DNA of 64,000 bases from the human T2T-CHM13v2.0 reference genome, Homo sapiens. Numbering within the stretch: position 1 is the stretch's first letter; each line of letters starts with the position of its first letter. Below, piece after piece: positions 16,806 to 29,500 of the stretch. The translations under genes and the position numbers were made by a program. The notes beneath the pieces were generated by a model. It was not told where the DNA came from, searched no databases, and was given only the letters and a program-made list of their open reading frames with translations. The stretch lies in NCBI RefSeq assembly GCF_009914755.1, contig NC_060930.1; one strand, 5' to 3'.

Positions 16806-16949
16806 TTTTTTTATTTTTTTATTTTTTATTTGTTGTTGAGGAGAGGTCTTGCTATAGCCCAGGCTGGTCTCAAACTCCTGGGCTCAAGCAATCCTCCCTC
16901 CTCAGCCTCCCAAAGTGCTAGGATTACAGGCATGAGCCACCATGCCCAG
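16806..16949 (-). mobile_element. FLAM_C-like free Alu monomer
   Basis: T-tail plus a single left-arm monomer. Degenerate TSD ggcatctatt/gacatccatt. Confidence 0.85.
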
Positions 16950-17295
16950 AGGACATCCATTATTATGTAAGGCCCAAAGGAAGAGAAATTTCTTAGCAAG
17001 AAAAAACTCCTACCATCTAAATGGAGAATCCAGGACAGGCCATAATACCCAGCCAGAGAATACTCAGATTAGACAGAAAGCTACAAAATAGAGTTTAACA
17101 ACAGCAAGAGACAAATTTTCAAGTTATAGTTTTCTAGTAAGGCAGGCAGCCAGCATTTTGCAAAGCATAGTGAAGGAAGAACCTCTATAAACACTATGCT
17201 TACAATGAACAGTTTTCATTTGCATATTCATTGACTGAAAACAAGTTGTAACTAGTAGAAGAACCCTGAAAGGAAAGAGAAAACAAAACCCACCA

Positions 17296-17490
17296 CTATT
17301 TAATGAGTGTTTACCATGTGTTGGGCAGAATGCAAAGTATTTTACATGTGTTGTCTTAATTTCCACAACCAACCCTATAAAATTGAACTATTATTTTAGC
17401 CATCACACAGAAGATGAAATTGAGGTTCAAACAAGTTGCCCAAAATCACATAGCATATATGTGACAAAATCTAGGTGGTTTTAACACAAG
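17296..17490 (-). mobile_element. MIR
   Basis: Core-like gaagatgaaattgaggttca…gttgcccaaaatcaca. Confidence 0.65.
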
Positions 17491-18464
17491 CCTACCCTCT
17501 TCTGCCAGAATCAAGTGAGACAAGAAGTGATCACAGGATGTAAATGGGAAAGAAAACAAGCTGAATTTGGACAACACGTGGAGAGGAGGAATCCAAAACA
17601 GAGACCCTTCCCTTGGATATCTGCATAAGAATGATTGTCCAATGTTTAATGAAAAAGAACATGATATTGACATCAGAACTCCATTCAATAGCATATGTAG
17701 GTATCATATATATTTACATTTTTAAAAAGGTATAGCAATATATATTACTGTCTATACAGGGAGTAAATTGATTCTGAATGAATTATTTTTATATCTTTAT
17801 AAAAGTATAAGTTAAAAATCCTCCATTGTCAACTCTAGATACATAAAAATTTCAGTAAATGTTTTGGTAGGAATCATGAAAAACCAAATGAATAGTCCCC
17901 TTGTTATAGAATTATATTTCAAATAGTGCTTTAATTGTGTAAGCCAATTAATATTCTTCATTTCATATTGTATGTTGCACTATTCTATATTATCCTGAAA
18001 AGTGACAAAACGTTCTTGCTTTTAATCATTTTAAATCATATGTTAACATTTTCTCTTGTTCAAATGAGATTTTTTAATCCTCTATGTATTCTTTGCAAAG
18101 TATCCTAGTGCCTGAGAAATTTTTTGTTATTGCCAAAGCATGATCAGAAAGAGCAATCGTTTCACATTATATTTCATAGCCTCTGTTCCTTTTAGTTTAT
18201 AATCCTATTAATTCTTTTGGGTCTATTTCCTTTTCTGTCAATATTTATACTTCAAAGTTAGCATACACACCTAAACAAATACATTTCAGTTCTCTTTTAT
18301 TGCAGGCTGATAGAAAATGTGATGGCATCATTACATTGTAAACTCCTGGACTGTAGTAACCACAACTTAGTAATGGTGTCTACAGAGTATTGGGTGCATA
18401 AAAGGTGCTGAGTAAATATTTGTTTACAGAATGTTGGCAACCTCTATACTTAATTTTTAAAAAT

Positions 18465-18700
18465 AGTAATAATAATTAACATTGCCTGAATTAAGGTAAC
18501 AAGTATGTTTGGCATCATGCCAGATTTAAAAATACTTGTCTTATGTAAGCCTCATAACAACACATTATTTCTATTTTACAAATGAGGAAATTAACATCAG
18601 GAGAGGTCAGGCACCCTACTCAAGATCACATACAATAAGTGACAATAAGCGATGGAGTCAGACTCCATCCCAGGTGTATCTAACTCCAAAGCCCATCACT
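18465..18700 (-). mobile_element. MIR (an L2 3' fragment is adjacent at ~18335-18430)
   Basis: ctattttacaaatgaggaaatt…caagatcaca…ctaactccaaagccca. Confidence 0.65.
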
Positions 18701-18902
18701 TAAAGAGTACACTTTTCTGGCCTCTCAACTTACCCTAAGCAATTGCTAAATACCTTTTTGACCTCATCATTCCTTTTCACATTTTTTTGGAAGACATATA
18801 CATTTACAAATTTCATTTCCCAACCCTTGTCTAATTCACGTCTATACTACTGCAAGGAAATTTCAGATCTTACCCTGTATGCTCATTATTTATGGTTCTT
18901 CC

Positions 18903-19118
18903 CAGTAGTGTGCTGGTAAATGTTAAACAATCAGTTTGGGAGAGTGGGAGAGAAACCCTGATCTATAATGCTTGCCTGATTTCCATGATATAGATACTGC
19001 TGCCATGGATGATTTCAAGCTACAAACATGATGTCGCTGAACAGAATTGGAAAGAGATATCCAATCTCTCAGGTACAGCTTTCTGTACCTGGGACCTGTG
19101 AATTGTAGCATACCATCA
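18903..19118. mobile_element. MER63A-like hAT fossil
   Basis: cagtagtgtgctggtaaatgttaaacaa … gatttcaagctac … agcataccatc. Confidence 0.7.
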
Positions 19119-19212
19119 GCTCCTTACCATATTGGCTAATATGAAGTTGAAAAAAAAAGCATTAAAAAATTAAAATCCTCCCGGTTAGGATATGCTTTGG
19201 ACAAGTACCCAG

Positions 19213-19594
19213 AGATATGATCTGGCTGTGTCCCCACCCAAATCTCATTTTGAACAATAGGTCTCATAATCCCTGTGACATGGGAGGGACCCAGTGGGAG
19301 GTAATTGAATCATGGGGGCAGTTACCACCATGCTGTTCTCATGATCCTGAGTGTGTTCCTATGAGATCTGACAGTTTTATAAGGGGCTTTCCCCACTCTT
19401 CGCTCAGCACTTCTCCTTGCTGCCACCATGTGAAGAAGGACAGAAGGACATGTTCGCTTCCCCTTCTGCCATGATTGTAGTTTCCCAAGTCCTCCCCAGC
19501 CAGGTGGAACTGTGAGTCAATTAAACCTCTTTACTTTATAAATTACCCAGTCTTCGGTATGGCCTTATTAGCAGCATGAGAACGGACTAACATA
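19213..19594 (+). mobile_element. THE1 (THE1C-like) MaLR solo LTR
   Basis: gatatgatctggctgtgtccccacccaaatctc…gaacggactaacata. TSD cccag/cctag. Confidence 0.9.
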
Positions 19595-19669
19595 CCTAGT
19601 AAACACACATTTGTTTTAAAAACTTTGAGTACTGTTTGGTGAATTAAATTAATTTTCACTCTTCCATAA

Positions 19670-19857
19670 CAGTAGTTCTCAAACTGTGGTCCCCAGACCA
19701 GCAACATCAGCATCACCTGGGAATTTATGCAAATACAGATCCTTGAACCTACTCCAGACCTACTGAATCAAAAAACTTGGTGGTGATCAAGGGAGGTCAG
19801 CAATTGTTTTAACAGGCATCCAGTGATCCTGCATGCTCAAGTTAATGAATGACTACT
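19670..19857 (+). mobile_element. MER5A
   Basis: cagtagttctcaaactgtggtccccagaccagcaacatcagcatcacctggg…. Confidence 0.85.
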
Positions 19858-20364
19858 CAGATGTAAAAATCTCTTTTCCATTTCAGCCCGCAAGGTAGAG
19901 CAAGTCTAACAAGGGAGAGTCCAAGGTCAATTTTAATGAAAAAAAAAGTGGGGAAAGTCAAAGTTCTGGCAAGTAAGTGTGTAATGTAGACTGCAGAGAA
20001 GAAAGGTCCTGGCCCAATTATTACTCACATCTGAGTCAGGAGAAGTGTGTGTAAAACCTACCTGAAGAAAAGCCCTCCAGACCAGAGAAGAAACTTGCTG
20101 ACTTTTGGAGACTCATCCCAGAAACAATGCCTTAGTAGGTATCAGAAGAGAATGGACCCAGTTGGAAAGCTTCACTCCTTAGCATACGTAGCTAGGGGAC
20201 CTCTGTGTTTTACATAAGTGAGTTAAAACACAGATTTTCTACCTAAACACCACCTGGAATAAATTTTTTCTGCCTACTTCAGTAGTTCACCTGTATTAGA
20301 TTCTTCTGGTGGGCTTGTTACAACACAGATCGCTGACTTCCTTTCTCCTTGCCTCTCCAGCACC

Positions 20365-21374
20365 TGACAAAGATTCTCTGTTTCACCAAATTCCAGTCAG
20401 CCTCCTCTGAACTCTCTTCTCAATGAGACCCTGGCTTTTAAGCTTCTGTGTTTGTTTCTGCATTGTCCATGTTAGCAAGAATCCTACTAAATCAGTTTAA
20501 CTAGAATTCTCCACCCTCCAGATACAATTACCCTGAATATCTGATCATCCACCATCCCCTAGGTGATGTCTGATCACCCTGGCCTGCCTTCTGCAAGAAT
20601 CCTCTTAGGTCCCTTTAGCCAGAATTTCCCCTATTCGTGATGTTTCCTCAAGTAAGTTCCCATCCTCTGATCCCTTCCTGCTCCTTAGCTACTGTGATGG
20701 TTAATATTGAATGTCAACTTGATTGGATTGAAGGATACAAAGTATTGTTCCTGAGTGTATCTGTGAGGGTATTGCCAAAGGAGATAAACATTTGAGTCAA
20801 TGAACTGAGAGATGCAGACCCACCCTTTATCTGGGTGAGCACCATCTAATCAGCTGCCAGCACCGCTAGAAGAAAAGCAGGCAGAGGAACGTGGAAGGAC
20901 TAGACTGGCTGAGTCTTCTGGCCTCCATCTTTCTCCCATGCTAGATGCTTCCTGCCCTTGAACATTGGACTCCAAGTTCTTCAGCTTTTGGACTCTTGGA
21001 CCTACATCAGTGGTTTTCCAGGGGCTCTCAGGCCTTCAGCCACAGACTGAAGGCTGCAGTGTCAGCTTCCCTACTTTTGAGGTTTTGGGACTTCCTTGCT
21101 CCTTTTTGCAGACGTCCCATTGTGGGACTTCACCTTGTGATTGTGTGAGTCAATACTCCTTAATAAACTCCTTTTCATATATACATCTATGCTATTAGTC
21201 CTGTCTCTCTAGAGAACCCTGACTAATACAGCTATAAATTCCCACTCATCCTTATTGTATTCGGAGTTGAGCCCAATCTCTCTCCTATTACAAAACCCTG
21301 TTGTAGTACCTTCCTTTGAATAATGTCTGTCTTACCATCTTTAACAAGGGTCATGGTACAGCTTTTCTCTAACA
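20365..21374 (+). mobile_element. MER31-like ERV1 solo LTR, itself split by MLT2A
   Basis: tgacaaagattctct…agcaagaatcct repeats…ttttctctaaca termini. Confidence 0.75.
20693..21230 (+). mobile_element. MLT2A2-like (HERV-L) solo LTR
   Basis: tgtgatggttaatattgaatgtcaacttgattgg…agagaaccctgactaataca. TSD gctac/gctat. Confidence 0.9.
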
Positions 21375-22261
21375 CAGCCCACCAAGTTCCTAATTCAGTA
21401 GGGTGGGGTGGGGCCCAGGAATTAGCATTTATAACAAGTTCCCAGTGATGCTGCTACTGGTCTGGGAACCACACTCTGAGAATTACTGGCCCTAACTACG
21501 TTTTCTAAGTTCTGTATAGTGTTCTTGAGTTGTTAAGGAGCTGTTGGATTTTGCCTCGGGGGCTGTTCTGATGGGTGTTAGGTGAGGAGATGTGTACAGT
21601 GGAGCCAGCAATAGAAAAACTTTCATTTTGGCCGGACCATCACTGCAAAGCAGAGACGGAGTTTAATCAGAGCCATAATTGTTACACTGCTTAAGAATTC
21701 CAATTTTCTCTAGTGTATCTCATTTTACTGTGAAGAGATATTTACTGCAGAAAATTTTTGTAATTAAAGCATGTAAGTATAATCAATTTTGGCTTATGGG
21801 AATGCTTTTCTAGAAATCAAAATGTATACTGGCATCAATGTACAAATATTCCAGAAACCAACATTAAACAATTTATGAGGTATTCATTAATATTCTAATA
21901 CATTATTTTCAGCATCTCATTCAGGAATGAGCTGAGGCTTTCTCTGTGAAGATTCAGTGTTCCTATTACTGAAATGACCCAAATGTAACAGAGCAGTCAG
22001 TACAACCTGTCTTCCTCATTCTGCTCCTAACCACATAAATAACCAAATAGTATTCATTAAGTTTGCAAATGGCATCACACTGGGAGAAAAATTACCATGA
22101 AGGAGAGAAAAAAAAACCTTAAATACCACAGGACCTTGATAATTTGGAGCAAAGGAGAGAAAATATAACAAACATTATCAAAGTGGAGTACTTACATTTA
22201 AAGAGAAAATCCAAATTACAAAATAAAAGGAAGGTCATTATACGTGCAAATTTGCCTCTTA

Positions 22262-22819
22262 TTTGTTCATCTATTCAGCAATTTATTATTGAGCACATAT
22301 TATGTGCTCTGCTCTGGGGATAGAGTGGTGAACAAAACAGACATTGTTTCTCACTCGGGGAACTCACAGAACAAGGGGGGACAGGGGCCTTAAACAAGGA
22401 AATAAATAAAAAACTTCCAGTTGTGATAAGTGTTTTGAAGGGAAAAAGCAGAGTAATGTGGAAAAGAATAATTGATATGTGAGAGAAAGAACTATTCAGA
22501 GTAGAGTGGTTAGGGAAACCTCTCTGAGATATGAGCTGGAAAGCAATGAGAAGCAATCCGCTTTTGAAAGAAGACTGTTCCAGACAGAGAGGGCTGTCTA
22601 GACAGAGTGAATAGCCTGTGCTGAGTCCCTGGGCAAGAAAGGTCTTGGTGTTTTCCTGGAACTGAAAGGAGGCAGGTGTGGCTTCAGCGTAGTGGACAAG
22701 AGAGATTGAAGAAAGATATGAGGTGGTAGAGAGATGAGAGCAAGGAGAGAGAGACAGATGAGGCTGGAGAGAAGGTATTCAGGGTAAATATGGCTCACGA
22801 GCAGAGTAACATTTTCAAG
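22262..22819 (-). mobile_element. L2 3' region
   Basis: ttcatctattcagcaatttattattgagcac…ggggatagagtggtgaacaaaacagac. Confidence 0.75.
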
Positions 22820-23489
22820 CAGGAGTTGGCAAACATTTTCTGCAAAGGTCCTGTATTGGTCAGGGTTCTCTAGAGGGACAGAACCTAATAGTATAAATGT
22901 AATATATAAAGGGAAGTTTATTAAGTATTAATGTACGCAGTCACAAGATCCCACAATAGGTTGTCTGCAAGCTTGAGGAGCAAGGAGAGCCAGTCCAAGT
23001 CTCAAAACTGAAGAACTTGGAGTCCGATGTTCGAGGACAGGAAGCATCCAGCATGTGAGAAAGATGTAGGCTGGGAGACTAGGCCAGTCTCCCTCTTCAT
23101 GTTTTTCTGCCTGCTTTATATTTGCTGGCAGCTGACTAGAGGGTGCCCACCAGATTAAGGATGGGTCTGCCTTCCCCAGCCCACTGATTCAATTGTTAAT
23201 CTCCTTTGGCAACACCCCCACAGACGCACACAGGATCAATACTTTGTATCCTTCAGTCCCATCAAGTTGACACTCAGTGATCACAGGGCCAGAGTTTAGG
23301 CTTTGCTGAGTCGTAAGGTCTCTGTCACAAGAGACCTTACTGAATTCTGCAGTTGCAGCACAAAAGTAGATACAGACAATACTTAAATGAATACAGGTAG
23401 CTGTGTTCTAATAACACTCAAATATTTACCAAAACAGGCAGTGGGTGGACTTGGCCTACAGGCCAAATTCTTTCAGTTGCCAACCCCTG
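22820..23489 (+). mobile_element. MER58A split by MLT2A1
   Basis: TIRs caggagttggcaaac … gttgccaacccctg. Confidence 0.8.
22852..23285 (-). mobile_element. MLT2A1-like (HERV-L) solo LTR
   Basis: tgtattggtcagggttctctagaggg…atcaagttgacactcagt…atcaca. TSD ggtcc/gggcc. Confidence 0.9.
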
Positions 23490-25114
23490 AAAGAATAACA
23501 TCGGGCACAATACTATCCTAGGAAACATAAGTAGGAGCAGGACACTCACCTTCCAGATGAGTCAGCATTAGTCAGACCATCACTGAATGAATGTCTTCCT
23601 TGGGCTCCACACTTAAATGGCATATGATAAAACTCGCGTAGGTTCTAAAATAGTGATGATTAAAGGTTTGGAAAACTGGCCAAGCAAAAAGTTTAAAGGA
23701 GCTGATGTATTCAACTTGATCAACAAAGAAGAGGTAATAAAATAGTTTTCACATGTTTTAAGTGTTATTTTGCTAAAGATTGTCCAACTGTTTATATGTT
23801 CACTGAGTGGAAAGACATGAGAATTGAAGGGAAGTGAAAAGCGAGACATGAGAAGGAAATGGAACTGGAAGAATATAATGACCTGACAAGGTAAACACCT
23901 GTAAACAATGGGCCCCACTGGCTCTCCTCTCTGCCTCCATGGCAGACTTTTCTGTCCAGGAGTAAAAGATTGTTTTAATCAATGTGGGTTAATATACCTC
24001 ATTTTAAAGGAACACCATAGTGTATAATTTTATCAAGCAAATAGTTGCCCATAATTAGTCATCTTTAAAACATCACATTTTCCTTTTTTTTTCCAAAAAA
24101 AAAAAAGCCATATTATATTGATCAATTACTATAAGCCAAGTGTGCTGGGCATTTGACATGCATCATCTTGTTTACTCTTCACAATACTCCTAGGAAGTCA
24201 ATACTATCCCCATCCTCATTTTACTAAAAATGAAGTCAATGCTATTCTTATCTTCATTTCACAGAAAACTTAGACTAATGTTACTAAGTAATTTGTCCAA
24301 TGGCAACTAGCTAATAAATGGTAGACCCAATTAATTTTATTTTTTAGTGAGGCATAGTAAATGAGGAACAGCTGTATTTACACTTCTTTTTAAAATAGCA
24401 CTGAGTAATATTTATCATAAGATCTCTACTTTTTAAATCAAGAAGGACAAAAATTAGAATGCACTTTTGACTAAAGCCAACCTAGCTTATCCACAGCTCT
24501 ATAAACAATAATTTCTACTTATTGTCTACCTGTGTTTTGTGAAGAGGCTCAAATCTTTGAAAACTCTATAGATTCATTTTTCTAAGCTCTCTTAGTGTCT
24601 TTTGCAGTATTTAGAGTTTTACATGTCTTTAAAAAGAGGAAGCCTGGTTATTTTATCATTTCTTTGATAGTTCTGATATCCAAAGTATTTGCAGGTCTGT
24701 TTTTGCTGTCTTTTATTCTGTTGGTTCCTACTCTTGGGTTGTTATAAGCTGCTCATTTTTTTTCAGAAAATTTACTGTGAGACTTCTTCGAGGCCTAGGA
24801 TAAAGGCATATTCCTCCAGAGAGGACTGGAATTCACTTCTGCCAAGTGCTAGAAGGCACTACCACTTCAAAGCCAATTTAAACAACATTTACAACCTGTG
24901 GTTTTATTGGACTGCAAATCTGGGAGGCTAGGTTGCAAATCTGTGTCAAGATTAGCTTGTGGTAATATCTCAGGGATAGCTTTCCCTCTTTCTGTCACTG
25001 CTTGGTGCCAAGGTAAACATCCTTGCACTCTCTTGGAGGAGGGTATGAGGTGAATTCTTTTCTGACTTACCCTTATAGTTTGAGGTAGTAGCATTATGAG
25101 CAGATGGGTCTTCT

Positions 25115-25697
25115 ATTAACCAAGAGCCATCTGCCCTTTGCTCTTGGCTCCTGGGAGAGGATCTCTAAGCCCTTGGAATGTACTGCCCAATATGAATGCC
25201 ATTGTGTACCTGAGAGCCTGGTCCACACCAATAGCCTAATGATGTGATTTTGAGTTGGGGCTGTGAGTCACATGGTATCAGCTCGAGCTCTAGAAGGGCT
25301 GGAAACTAAAGGTCAGTTTTAAGGCGGGCAGCCAGGTCTAAGCAACTGAGCCCCAGTAAAAACTGGAAGCCATGGCTCAGTTGAGCATCCCTGGTTGAAA
25401 ACACTCTGTGCACATTTTCTCACATCCTTGCTGGGAGAAGTTGGCACTGTCCATGACTTGGCTGGGAGGGGCCAATGGAAGCTCCATATGTGGATTCTGC
25501 CCCGTGTGTCTCTGGCCTTGGCAGATTTTAATCTGTATCCTTCTGCTATAATAAATCACAGCTGTGAGTATAAAAGCTTTCAGTGAGTTATGTGAATCCT
25601 TCTAGCAAGGTTTCAAGTTTGTGGCTATCTTGGGGACCCCAAACTTGTAATTGGTGTCAGAAGTGAGGGTGGTCTTGGGGACTCCCCTACCTCTGCA
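25115..25697 (+). mobile_element. MER77/MER21-family ERVL LTR
   Basis: ctctaagcccttggaatgt…ttttaatctgtatcctt…ggtgtcagaagtgagggtggtcttggggactccc. Confidence 0.7.
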
Positions 25698-26160
25698 GTT
25701 GTTTTCAGTAGAAAGTGGTTGCTTCAGTGGAAAGGTGGTCTGATTACCCAGCCAGCCACATAGAAATGGAAGAGTCTGTAGTAATTAGGAGATGCAACAT
25801 TTTCCTGCCTTTAGCCTGTGTTGCATATCTGTTTCACCTAAGTTGAGCAGTATGACTGAACTAATTTTAATTGAAATGTCAGAACAGGCTTTTATGAAAT
25901 TCAGATGTAGTCAAATGTTGACTAGATAGTTTCTCAATAAAACAAATTTTATCATACGTGTATGCATCTATATATAAATGTAACATATACATTTATGGCT
26001 ACATGTGTGTGAATATACCTAACAAAATAGCACTGGATTGAGAGTCAACAGATGTGAATTACATATATAGTTCTGATCCTGCCACTTCCTAGCAATGTCA
26101 ACTTTGGTGATTCACTTAAATTTTTTGAGTCTACCTCCTCATAAACCCAGTCACCTAGGT

Positions 26161-26773
26161 CAGGGGTTCTCAGTGGGGATGATTTTGCCTACTAGGGGCC
26201 ATGTTGGAAATTGATGGGACTACTTTTGGTTGTCGTAATATTTGAGAGTGCCATTGGCATTTGGGAGAAGCCAGGGATTCTAAATTTTCCACAATGCACA
26301 GCACAGCACTGCCCATCAAAGAATTGTTCCACATCCCTCACAAATATTGGATGTTTTGTCAGACATTCCTATAGGTGAGACAGGTTTTTATAATTATCTG
26401 AGCCCAGAATCTAATTTCGTTTTATGCAGAAAAACAAAGTATGTTTTTGCATGATTTTAATACACATGGAATTTTCCAGATTTACAACTACCATGTATTG
26501 AGGGGAGATTTCACTTTGTTTGGATTGGCATTTTCCCTGGGATGCCGCCAGAGTGAGTCACTGAGACCACCCACTTGTGTGAGTCTGCACGTGCAGCTGC
26601 ACATGTGTGGTGTAGGCATAGACTGCTCCCCAGGTCTTCCAGTGTGGTCCTAAACTGAGCATTTCCATATTAAAGTGGAGAGTATTTATTATAAATTACT
26701 TTCATTTCTCCTCTGTGTTGTAGCTAGTGCATTATGTGTGCCTGTAGGTTATAATATCTGTGGAATTAATTTC
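26161..26773 (+). mobile_element. MER20B-like hAT-Charlie
   Basis: caggggttctca…tttataattatctgagcccagaatctaa…ttattataaattactttc. Confidence 0.75.
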
Positions 26774-27520
<747 letters not shown>

Positions 27521-27904
27521 TAATATCTATGGATTTTATTCTGTGTGGCATCCTAGTATCCTGTCAGATTTGCCCCATGCCGATTGCACACACACAAAGA
27601 AAAGTAGAAAATGATTTAAGATCCCCTTTTTATGAAAAAAATCCACATAGTTAAGAATATGCCAAGGTACATAACTCTGTAAACTTTCTTCCTGCCTTCA
27701 CTTCAGTTAATTAGCCTAGTTTGGGCTTTGTGCAGTAAAAAGCTCTGGATATGTTTCTAAGCCACCCTGTTCCATGTGGCTTCATAACTACCTACTCCTT
27801 CAAGATATGGTCTCTTATCAAGGATGATCTCCTGGTTCAGAGAAGAAAGGGGCCATTAAGGTCATTTTCAAAGGTAGCCTCTACTCAGGACCAAGTGATT
27901 GTGT

Positions 27905-29165
27905 CTTCATTTCAGCAAAATGCATTTCAGTAGACTTACTACTAAGTAGTGACATCACACTAATGAATAAGACCAGGTCATTCATCATAAAAGTCTTATA
28001 GTGTAACTGGGGAGAAAGTCTTCAACCCAAAAGGCTGTGACATAATGCAGGGAATGTGAGGTATAAGCAAATGCTATGGGGGACCTGGGGGAGTAACTCA
28101 TTCGACCTGAAAAAATGAGGAAAGGTTTTAAGAAGTGGGATGGGTTTGGGCAGAGGTGTTTCAGGCAGGGGCACTTCATTAACAAGGTGTGAAGAGGAGA
28201 ATAGAAAGCATGAGGGAGGCCTCAGGGGAGTCTGGCTAGCATGCTCCGAAAGTTAACATCAGTGAGGAATTGTGGGCAAAAAGGCCAGAAAGATAGGACC
28301 TGTCTTAGTCAGCTCAGGCTGCTATAATAAAGCACCATGGACTCCATGGCTTACAAACAATAGAAATTTATTTCTCACAGTTCTGGAGCCTGGAAGTCCA
28401 AGAGCAGGGTGGCATCGTTGTTGGGCTCTGGTGCAGGCTCTTTCCTGGTTTGCAGATTGCTGACTTCTTGTTATGTCCTTATGTGAGGGAAAGAAGACAA
28501 GAGGGCTCACTGGAGTTTCTTTTATAAGGTCTCTTATCTCATTCATAAGGGCTCTTCTGTCATGACTTACTTGCCTTCCAAAAGGTCCCACCTCCTAATA
28601 CCATCTCATTGAGGGTTCAGATTTCAATACATGAATTTTAAGGGGACAGAAACTTTCAGTCAGTTGCAGGATTCAGTTGTGGAGGACCTTGAAAGCCAGG
28701 CTGAGAGGTCTGGAGAGAATCCTGCATGTATGAGGGAGCTATGAAGTTTGGAGGAGAGTGACATGATCAGAGTCCTGGTTTTGGAAAATTTTCTAGCCAG
28801 CAACTGCAGGATGCATTGGGGCTAGGAGGATGTAGGGAGAAAGGGACTTTGGTAAGTTGGTAGTTGTGACAATGTTGCCAGGTAGGAATATGAGGGTGGG
28901 AAGCAGAGCAGAAGCAGTCAAACTAGAATAAGAGGACAGAGAGAGACTCACAGAGGAGGAGGATTATGAGGAGGGGCTGTACCTTGATTCCAAGGGTTCT
29001 GGCCTGGGTGCCTGAGCATCTGGTGATGACGCCATAACCTGGATACCACCTTCAAGGGGAGGAAGAGATAATGAGCTTGGTTTTTAGATCAGTTGGATTT
29101 GAACAGCAGATACTATGTTCATATGGAGATGTCCAGCACACTATTAGAAAAAGAGGCTGAGTGCT
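27905..29165 (-). mobile_element. L2 fragments split by MLT1A
   Basis: Purine-rich degenerate L2 (gtgacatgatcaga…, atggagatgtccag…). Confidence 0.6.
28301..28668 (-). mobile_element. MLT1A-like MaLR solo LTR
   Basis: tgtcttagtc…gaaatttatttctcacagttctggag…cccacctcctaataccatc…ttgca. Confidence 0.88.
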
Positions 29166-29259
29166 CTACAGTTTCCAGAGTATCTATCACTTCTCTACTG
29201 CTTTTTCCTCCTCTGAAAAAAAGGCCCTCTTCTCTTTCTCTGTCCCAGCTGAAGGCTAT

Positions 29260-29500
29260 AGATAGCACTGTGATTAACAGTTCATGCGGAACTCAGCCAT
29301 TCTGGAATCACATAATATTTCTGCCTCTCTCTAGCTGTATGACCTTAGGTAAGTTATTGGATTTCTCTAAGCCTCATCAGTTTCCTCACATATAAACTGG
29401 TGATAACTAAAGTATCTTCTGTATAATGTTCCCACAAATAAATTAATTAATGCCAGCTAATACCTGGCATATTGGAAATGCCTAAAAATATCAGCTGTTA
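29260..29500 (+). mobile_element. MIR
   Basis: ctagctgtatgaccttaggtaagtta…ctctaagcctc…cagtttcctc. Confidence 0.7.

Larger units (their letters stand above)
20280..21489 (-). mobile_element. MER5A split by a MER31 LTR (pieces 20280-20364 and 21375-21489)
   Basis: …ataacaagttcccagtgatgctgctactggtctgggaaccacactctgagaattactg end. The left piece carries the matching MER5A part. Confidence 0.7.
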
